Shown: positions 54,571 to 64,000 of the stretch, one piece after another
Position numbering within the stretch: position 1 is the first letter of the stretch
How the letters are laid out: every line of letters begins with the position of its first letter
NCBI RefSeq assembly: GCF_006345805.1
Contig: NC_043009.1
Location: 32,426,001 to 32,490,000, forward strand
Direction of reading: 5' to 3'
Source of the DNA: Octopus sinensis
Lineage: Eukaryota
Length of the DNA stretch: 64,000 nucleotides
Notes under the pieces: model-generated
What the model saw: the letters and a program-made list of their open reading frames with translations, nothing else
Databases searched by the model: none
Told to the model about the DNA's origin: nothing
Translations under genes and position numbers: made by a program

Positions 54571-54961
54571 GGCGCAGGAGTGGCTGTGTGGTAATTAGCT
54601 TGTTTACCAACCACATGGTTCCGGATTCAGTCGCACTGCGTGGCACCTTGGGCAAGAGTCTTCTACTATAGCCTCGGGCCGACCAAAGCCTTGTGAGTGG
54701 ATTTGGTAGACGGAAATTTAAAGAAGCCCGTCGTATATATGTATATATATTCATATATATATGCGTGTGTGTTTGTCCCCTAGCATTGCTTGACAACCGA
54801 TGCTGGTGTGTTTATGTCCCCGTTACTTAGCGGTTCGGCAAAAGAGACCGATAGAATAAGTACTGGGCTTACAAAAAGAATAAGTCCCGGGGTCGAGTTG
54901 CTCGATTAAAGGCGGTGCTCCAGCATGGCCGCAGTCAAATGACTGAAACAAGTAAAGAGTA
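54571..54961 (+). mobile_element. SINE family A, full length, least diverged copy
   Basis: tRNA-like head GGCGCAGGAGTGGCTGTGTGGTAA...GGATTCAGTCGCAC, body, internal TA/TG tract and tail GCAGTCAAATGACTGAAACAAGTAAAGAGTA. Confidence 0.92.
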
Positions 54962-55047
54962 TGCACTCGGATCTTTGAACCTCCTAAACCAAACTGCTGG
55001 CTTTGTTTATTATTTCAGCGAACTAGTCGTTTATTGAACGGCGCTTA

Positions 55048-55424
55048 CACTTGCGTCAGAAATTAATTAGCACTTCTCAAATTTCTACATTAAATAGGTT
55101 AAATCAATTAACCTATGAGCTGTTCAAAACGTCTTACGCGATGAGAAAACTTAGTATGGTGTGATTTCGGTCCTTGCGAGGCGCTACCTATATCTATTAA
55201 ACAAAGGAAGATTTGTCTGTATCCACACTCCAAGTTGTTGCACTGCTATGTCAACATCATAAGGCTGTAGACTCTCAAACTGCTCTGCAAACAAAGTTAC
55301 GTCATCGTTCTGCACAACAGTGAACTCGCAACAAAGCAATAGTTCGAGATATGGCCACTAGGTGACAGCACATACCTTGAGTGAAGAGCAAATCAAGGGT
55401 GCTAATTAATTTCTGACGGTAGTG
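55048..55424. mobile_element. Tc1-type non-autonomous element (377 bp)
   Basis: 26-bp TIRs CACTTGCGTCAGAAATTAATTAGCAC / GTGCTAATTAATTTCTGACGGTAGTG (2 mismatches), flanked by TA on both sides. Confidence 0.85.
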
Positions 55425-57456
55425 TATATCAGACAATCGATGAGAAATCGTTATTTACATAGCGTACGACGAGATCCGAAACAATTATTTGCATAATACA
55501 ATCTCGCAGATCGGACGTAGCATATGTTGGTCACTGTAGTGTAGGTCACCTTTCTCTTTTAGGACGACAGCGCGTTCAAAAGACTCCGCATATATGTATG
55601 TAGAAAGGAAACGTGAATTTATGTTTGATTTCTGGGGTTCTGAAGTGTTCCCTCAATTGTATCTGCCATACCAAGGACTTGATTTATCGTTGCAATCCTC
55701 TGTTATTTCATAAACCTACATTCACCATCAACACTGCATCGCTTACAGCACTTTAGGAACATTACAACATTACGTTACTCTTACTGACTTTCGAAACAAC
55801 TCAATATATGAACTTTGAATGTGTGCAACAGTTTGATTGACCTCCGTTGATTTTGAAATCTGAATAGCGCTCTTTCGAATTAGTTAAAATAAAAACAATC
55901 GTTGTCACATTGAAAGAGATGCTTCTGGACATAGTATAAAGCACATTAAGAAAAAAAAAAATAAACGAAAATCGAATTTAAAGTGGAGCAAAATAATTCC
56001 TCTTAAAATTAAGGACAATTAAATTGTTTTGAAGAACAAATTTAAATATGAGAGCCACAAAATATCTCTTTTAGAATTTGCTTTAAAAATATTTAACAAC
56101 TGAAAACTAACGTTTTTTTCTCAGTAATTCAGTTATCTGAAACCATTCCAGCATCAGGAATATTTTATAGCTCGCTCCTTCTCACCCTCTCTAGCTATCT
56201 ATTACACATTCGCTTTCTCTCTCTTTCTCTCTCACCCTCTCACTTTGTTTTCTAACTTTCTGGTTTTCTCTTTCCTATTCGATCTGTGTTTCTTCCCCCC
56301 TCTCTCTTTCACTCTCTAACCTGCACTTTCTTTCTCTTTCCATTTTCCCTTTTTCTTTTTTCTTTTTCCTCTTAATATGTCTCTTTTGTCTCAATTTCTC
56401 AACAGCCACTTGTTATGTAATTTTCAATGAAAGACTTTCTTCGGAAGGAAGTTTGACAAGTGAAGTTTGAATTGGTCACAAGTGGATTTGGCATGCCAAT
56501 GACAATAAACCAAACTATGCAATGAAGCGTAATATGAGGAGATTAGTGGCAGTGGTGACCAGCATTGTAGCATCTTGAGTTAGTTTTCTTTATTTCATTC
56601 TAAATTATAGTTAACTATTCTACTATGTTTATAGTTATATATTTATTTTTATTTAAATCTTTACTGAAATTATTCGCAAAATACCCATTTTCTTCATATT
56701 ATTTCTTGCTTCTTTAACAAAGTTACGTCATTGTAAAAGAAATATTTTCTTTTTACAGTTTTTGCTAGCAACGTTCGACCTTGTTTTTGTTTGGTATATT
56801 TATTTTTATATAATCTAGCTAACGAAACAGTGTAACTGACTGGCTTGCTTTGCAGCTCCTCGGCTAAAACGTTGCGTGTTTCGGGTGCCATAAGGCATGC
56901 ATTTTCATCTGATTTGCTACATTTGACTAACCTTGTTATGCGAAAAGAACTTGGTGAAGATGAACGAATAAATTATTATAAAACGGGGAGTATAAAACAG
57001 TAATATAAAACAACCCACGTTCCAACAATTTGTAATGAATTCCAAAACCCTGCCTCATTTAGATACCTAAAACTATACCCGTCTTCTTCGACCTTTTCTC
57101 TCCTTCTCTGTCACCTCTCTCTCCCTATCTCCCTTTCCACCAACTGCTTTTCTCATATGTAAATTACATTCTGATCAAATTCATTGATACACAATATTTA
57201 ATTTAATATTTTCGTCAATTAACAATTGAATGCTTCTATCACTGATTACATTGTAGAGAATTTTTTATATAAGATATAATTTAAAGATATGAATTTTGTA
57301 TCTTAGAAACAATTTCATCAAACTGATAATTTTTTAACATCGGTCAGACAAATCAAATAGTTATTAGATATAATGAAGGAGAAGGTAAACGGAAAATATT
57401 GTGTAATTTAATCCCCCAATTGCATAGGAGCTTTTGTCCAATATTGTGGTATAAAC

Positions 57457-57653
57457 AGGCAATGATCTGGTAGATCTGTTAGCATGGCGGGCAAAATGCT
57501 CAGCGGCATTTCGTTTGCTTTGACCTTAAATTCAAACGCTGCCTTTCATATTTTCGGGATCGATAAAATAAGCACCAGTTGAACACTGGGGTAGATCTAA
57601 GCGGATTACCCCCTCCTCCAAAATTGATAGGCTTGGGCCAAAATTTGAAACCG
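57457..57653 (+). mobile_element. SINE family B, diverged
   Basis: GCCTTTCATATTTTCGGGATCGATAAAATAAGCACCAGTTGAACACTGGGG domain and AAAATTTGAAACC tail. Confidence 0.8.
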
Positions 57654-58171
57654 ACACTGAGATCCAATATTAAAAGAAGAGTTGGAAAATCAGCATTTTA
57701 GAGCTCTCGGGAATTTTTAAGAGAGGCAAAATGGCCGATGACCAACTTCTCGTTTGTCATTGATGAAAATAAATACTTCTCGTCTGTATCCGATAACACT
57801 TCCCTTGTGATGATACAGTGGTTATAAGTGAAAACTATTGAGGTATTATATTCTAATATCAGTGAAGGGAATATGTATTTAAAGTCATGCGATAACATTT
57901 AGTAAGAAGAATGGAATTGTAGAGTGCGTTCTGAAATGTAACAGCTTTAACCCTTTAGCTACAATAATTAATGTTTGAGCATGCCACTCTAGTCGCAAGC
58001 AAGTCGTAGAAATTGATAACAATCTGAAAATTAGATTGTTGAAAAGGATTTGTCAACAAGTCATGTACTTTAACGACTTCTGTTTCCTTGGCATCCTTTT
58101 GGCAATTCACTTACTCACGATGCGTGAACTAAAACGATTCAGAAATACTATGAGATAAGGTGAACAACCTA

Positions 58172-58560
58172 CAGTGTCTGCGGGGAAGAGTGCAACAACT
58201 CATTTTTACAAATATTCCCAAGCCTTAAAAATATGTAAAAGACATTCATGAAAATTTAACGGCGGTCAAGTAACATCTAGGCGGAGATGGTAAAAAAGCT
58301 CAATAGTTTAATGCACCAAAACTTAAGTAGGACCTTCTAAGCTAATGTTTGCAACAATGTAGAACAGTTTTGATAAAGAGGATGATGCACAACATTGTTC
58401 CACAACGCTGATAAAATTTTCTACTTAGAGCATTCCTCCTGCTTTTTTATAAGGTCTCATCACCTCTTTCATGGTTTTTAACCTTCCCTCAGGAGAGAGA
58501 TATGATCTGACTTGGAAGCTACAGGTGTAACTTTATCAAATAAGGTGTTTCCGTTTGTTA
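58172..58560 (-). mobile_element. Tc1-like transposon 3' end, decayed
   Basis: TA followed by CAGTGTCTGCGGGGAAGAGTGCAAC resembles a Tc1 terminus; minus-strand ...SLEGPT* resembles the GxxTKY C-terminus; partner TIR not found. Confidence 0.35.
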
Positions 58561-60118
58561 ATAGGTCAATGAGTCTTTCAACTATAGTCATTGGCTAAAA
58601 CCACAGTTACAGGTAGAGTGGTGCACGTAAAGGCAAGGTACATTGCTGATTGCCTCAATCTAGAAAAAACGGAAATATGTGAGTTTTTTCTAAAATTTTT
58701 TTATATAAATACAATTGACAAGAGAAAGTAAAAAGATTTCACTTGCAATAAAAGTGTATAGAAAAATATTGTTGTAGAATAACATTTTCTGTGTCAGAAA
58801 TATATGACAGAAAAAAAATAATAAAATTACTTTTATTTTCCATCATAGCCTACTTTGGTAACTTTCAGCGTTTTGCAATAAAACTATTTTTCGTAAAAGT
58901 AAAACTTGTACATCAATGCAGTGAGTTTATTTCTATTTTATGTCCATTTTAGCTATTACTAAGAATATAGTTTAATCTTTTCCTCTTTGGTGTGAGGATT
59001 CTCTTGTTGTTTATTTGTTTGATACAGCCAATATCTTTCTTATTCTATCTCATTTTTCTTTCAATAATCACCAAGAAAATTAACATAGTCACATACCATT
59101 AGTCCCGATTTCAATAAGTAAAATATCAAGTGCAGTTTATGTTAAAAACATTTCTAAAACTGAAACTAATATAAAACTGACAGGAGACTACCGAAACTTT
59201 TCTTTTTACCTACTTTATGAGAGTTCTTGCAGTTAGTAACATCATTTTTCTCGTTCTAGAAATTGTTAATGGAAATATTGTTGTTTCCTGTTAACAAATA
59301 AAAGAAATTGAACTTTCTAATTCATCTGCAGGTCTCCATGGTTAATATAAACTATTTTTAAAAAACTATTCCATAATATCTGTAGATGTATATGTACACA
59401 TGTGTGTGTGTGTGCCTCTCTCTCTCTGTCGGTCTGTGCGTGTCTCTCTCTGTCAGTGTGTGTATGTGTGTGTGTGTGTGGGGGGGTGATATTTTCGGGT
59501 TACTGATGTGTTACAAAAGGTGATGTCAGTCTTCAAAATAAAATACGCTCTGCTGAAATTAAAGTAAAAACGAATACCTTAAACACAACAGAAACAGCGA
59601 GATCTATTAACAGATATTGATTTCTAACATTAGCAAAATATCAATAATTTAGAAAAATGGTCGCCGTCGCTCGACATTTTGGAAAAAATATTCTACACAT
59701 CTGAGTCCAGAGTGGAAGGACAGGAATGACAGATTCCTACATACATCTCTATTGCTAGGAACGGCTGTAATGATTTCAATCAGAGATTATGTAATGTGCA
59801 TTGAATTGTTAATACGGTAAAATGAGATTAGAGGGAAATTTGGCTGATGTTTCCAGCTGACAAAAGACATGTGATGTTTTTATTTCTAAAACTGTGTTGA
59901 TTTTTGTTGTAACGATACGGCATAGTACGAACTGTGCAGATAATGTACAGATAATGTTGTATCTCTCAGAGATATACCCACGCCTCACGGGGTGGCAGCA
60001 CATTACTACAATAGCAATTAGTAAAGATTTTGAAATTCTAAAATATCTAAACGATATAAGATGAGAATAGTACCCCTTCCCCGACACACACACACATACA
60101 CATATGTGTATATAAGTT

Positions 60119-60193
<75 letters not shown>

Positions 60194-61024
60194 AAATATA
60201 AATATATATATATATATATGCATGTCATGGTAAGGTACAAAGGTATGGTATTTACAGAGGATCACTCAATCTGAGTCTTGGGTTATTAACGCTGTCGAAT
60301 TCCAAAACCAATATCTTAATTCTTCAATTGCTGGAAATCTTAGTTTCACGATGGTAATAATGTTGTGTGGGTGTGCGAAAGAGCAAATTATAATCCAAAT
60401 AATAAGAAAAAAATTTTAACACATCTTTAATGATTCCTTACAATTGTCTCTGTACTGACTCTGCATGCAACGCTAGTTTACGCAAAATTCGTATTGAAGA
60501 TTTAAGTGAAGTTTGCTGTTTTAAACATTAGAGCGACACTTCATCAGACTTTCACCAAAGGTGCGCACTTACTTTGTACATCTTCCAGACATTGGGTTTT
60601 GGCTTATATCGGGAGAAAACAAATAATACATACAAGGCGAAGTCAAAAGTTATCTGCACTTTTGCCATAACATATCTTTATTATTATCACACTGCCTTCT
60701 GCACATGCGTGCTTATAGTTGGTATATACGTGTTTATAGTCGCTGTGCCGAGGAAGAAAAAATAACCCAGAAACCGCGGTTCGCAGATATTGATTTATTC
60801 TGATGCTGAACTCCCCTGTTCGAATATATCAGGACACAGATTGAGTGTCGTATAGCCAACTGAAGACGATGTTTCCTGGGGCTAAACAACAGTAACATTC
60901 GTCCCAACATTTGACTGCCACATTACGTTGGCAAATAATCTATATTTTAAAGTGCTGTTACTGAATGTCTTTCGTTGAGAGATTTAGAAATAATGCTTAT
61001 ATATATATATACATACATATTATT

Positions 61025-61397
61025 TTATTCTTTGTCTCAATTACTTCATTGCGGCAATGATGGCGCACCACTTTTCGTCGAACAATTCAAGCCCAGTACT
61101 TATTCTTTGTAAGCCTAGTATTTATTCTATCAGCGTATGTTGCCGAACCGCTAAATTACGGGCACATCAACACACCAACATTGGTTATCAAGCGATGATG
61201 GGGCGACAAACACAACACACACATATGTATATATTCGACTAGGTTCTTTCAGTTTCCGTCTACAAAATCCACTCGCAAGGATTTTATCGGCCCGAGACTA
61301 TAGTAGGAGGCCTTTGTACAAGATACCACGCAGTGGGACTGAGCCCAGTACCATGTGATTGGGAAGCAAGCTGCTTACTACATACCCATTCCTATAC
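61025..61397 (-). mobile_element. SINE family A, full length, diverged
   Basis: Reverse complement aligns along the 54571 copy. Confidence 0.88.
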
Positions 61398-61455
61398 TTA
61401 TATATATATATGTGTAATGATAGAAGACAGGCAGACAGACAAACAGATAGATTGG

Positions 61456-61529
<74 letters not shown>

Positions 61530-61789
61530 TTTAGATACTACCTCATCTACCTTATATAAACTACGCCTATATTTACAGCCTCTATAACTTAAATGATGGT
61601 ATCTGAGGGTTGCTCGGATGCAAGAGAAAAACATTTATAAGGAACTTGCTCTGAAGTATTAGAAAATAGTTCCTTTTTTTAAGAATCTGAAAACAAAATA
61701 GAAGTCGCCTCCCTGAAAGATTAGACTGGTGCTGTATTTTGTTTGAAATAGTGAAACTTGCTACTTATTCTAAATTTAAAAAAAAAAAG

Positions 61790-62100
61790 GCCCTGACTAT
61801 TAAGAATGTTCCACTACTGGTCGGGTTTATATGCTTGATGCCCAGCTTCTCCTTTTGCGGGTGGACATTAAACTACTGTCACTGGTGAGTTTCTATCAAG
61901 ATTTTCGAGAAGTTATGCCTTCGGAACCACTACTCTCATTGCATGTGACCTAGAATGGTACCTCTGTCAGAGCCTTAGTAATGGTTCAAATAGCAAGCAA
62001 TAGGTGATGGTCCTGTCAGTGTGATATCATAAAGGTCTCCTACAGTAGAACTTTGCTGCATATACCTGGGAGTCAGCCTCAAGACCTGTTCCGCTGTGGC
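61790..62100 (-). mobile_element. RTE LINE fragment (post-RT region), decayed
   Basis: DIT/*QDH (ITWQDH-like), then ILGHMQ (WLGHV-like) and INPTS (INPxxW-like) in RTE order. Confidence 0.45.
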
Positions 62101-63850
62101 CGTTCAATACTTGGACATTCCTTGATTGCACATGTGCTACTTCTTTTGCCTAAAAATTCAACGGGCTTTGTGCCTCAAGAATAGTGTTCAGGAGAGCAGA
62201 AAAAATAATAAATCTATTATCATATCGGCATTAATACACACAAACAAAATACATACGCATGTACACGCGCATACACATACACACACATAGTCTATACTTT
62301 CAAACATTTGTTTCCCTGCGAATTGTTTTAAGAATAATATATATGTCGTGTTTGTAATGCCTTTTCGATGTTCCATAAATCATCACTCAAGTGTCGTACG
62401 AATACATGTATGTACAACAGATTATGTCTTCGTTATCCTTCCATAGTTAAGAGTTACAAACATAAACCGTAACAGAACAATATGATAGTGTCTGAAAAAA
62501 TAGTGGAACTTTCAGATAAACTTAATCAAATGCATTCGTTCAACATGACAAAATTGTATCATGGAATCAAATTGCAATAAGAAAGTATTTAGTTAATGAG
62601 GCAGATGTTAATGTTTTACGCATTAAAATGCAATTAACCGTATTGAATCTCTTTATGTATGTGTTGTAAAATAATTGTATTTGAAATTACATTTGGCTGT
62701 AACCTATGGCTTTATGATTAATATCGCAACACATGTAAACTTGAAACCCACTTGAATTTCATCGCTTTGTATGGATTAACTGCAAACGAATATTTAAACA
62801 ATTCTAAGAAATTCAATAAATGTTATTTAAAAGAAATGTGAAATCAGATAAAATCTCATCAAAAATGCAGTAAAAAAAGAAGCGCACGATGATAGAGATA
62901 CGAGTAAGTATTTGAAACACGGAGAAAATAATTTGCATTAAGACTCTTGAGAACTAGAAGCAAAGTCAAAAGTTATCCTTCATGAACTCAATTTCTAAAC
63001 AAAAACGATTTTTTATTCACATTAGATTCGAGTTAAATTCAGGAAAGGTCATAATTCCATGCCATTTGACATTTGATAAGATCTGAAAAAATACAAGCTT
63101 AATGAAAAGATTAACAAAAGAAAGTATACAATTGAGAATTTTGGGGTGCTTCAAGTGCAGCAACGGGGTTAAAAGGTTGAATGAAATGCTGATAAATAGA
63201 TAAATAAAACTGATTACTGACTGGCTCCGTCTTTCTCTGTTCTAAATTAAATATAAAAGGTGTTTCGTAAAGAAATAAATTAGTTATATCGAGATTTACA
63301 AAGTATTCATGCAAATATATACACTGTACATATAAACAGTTGATTTAATAAAGATAAAAACGAGATCTAAGTGCATAAAATCTATGTATCGAGATATGCC
63401 GAATTTCATTGCATAAACTAGATTGCACATTGAGTATCTTTATTCGTAAAAAATCACACTTCATCTTCAAATGCAACAAATTTACAATAACATAACAACG
63501 TAGAATTATAATTTCGAGATTGTGCATTTGTGACAAGAGAAGATCTATGAAGGGACGAATAGAAAACAGACAACTACGTATTAAGCTTAACGTATGATAT
63601 CACTGAAAGGCATGATGCTCTGAACCTTTATCTGAGAGAAAATTTCTTCCTAGGCATATGGAAAAACACCTGAAATCCATAGTCATAGAGAAGCGAGACA
63701 ACTCACACCTTAGATGCTTTTCGCTCCAAAGTGGGACCCAGGGTCTTTTATTCCACCTGTGTGTCAGTATGTGTTTCAGGTGTTTTAACAACGGCGCTTT
63801 CAGAGAATCGTCTCCACTGCGAAAAGCATATATGTGTATATGTGTTCGAT

Positions 63851-63903
<53 letters not shown>

Positions 63904-64000
63904 TGAGAGTGTCATAGTTCGCTCGAAGCATCTTATTATCGAAGAAGGTAAAACAAAGAAAGAACAGAAAGTTTCTAATAACGCCGAAAGTTTAATAAAA

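Noticed and set aside
54571-54650. tRNA-like heads here and in the other SINE copies
   Set aside because: They continue into SINE bodies and lack a complete cloverleaf, so they are not tRNA genes.
60631-60661. Mariner-TIR-like sequence, with a similar motif near 62955
   Set aside because: No convincing partner TIR or transposase sequence.

Overview
AT-rich (roughly 30-35% GC by eye), microsatellite-dense eukaryotic DNA. The recurrent tRNA-headed SINEs and the (TA)n/(CA)n/(GATA)n load match what I recognise from octopus genomes; this is an inference and no search was run. I see no intact protein-coding gene, rRNA, tRNA gene or CRISPR array, and most ORFs in the supplied track are translated microsatellites or chance ORFs. 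Mobile DNA includes two SINE families (about 11 copies or fragments), a near full-length dead mariner, hAT- and Tc1-type non-autonomous elements, and LINE remnants (R4/Dong, RTE, Penelope GIY-YIG). At 2.8-4.9 kb on the minus strand there appear to be one or two heavily decayed intronless class A GPCR pseudogenes. The most unusual signals are (i) a 150-bp self-complementary mini-element at 45038-45190 with a near-canonical type I hammerhead ribozyme whose GAAAC core would be looped out by an upstream antisense arm, and (ii) an excess of perfect or near-perfect fold-back repeats (arms of 21, 37, 48, 52 and 225 bp), several abutting (TA)n tracts. All alignments and translations were done by eye.
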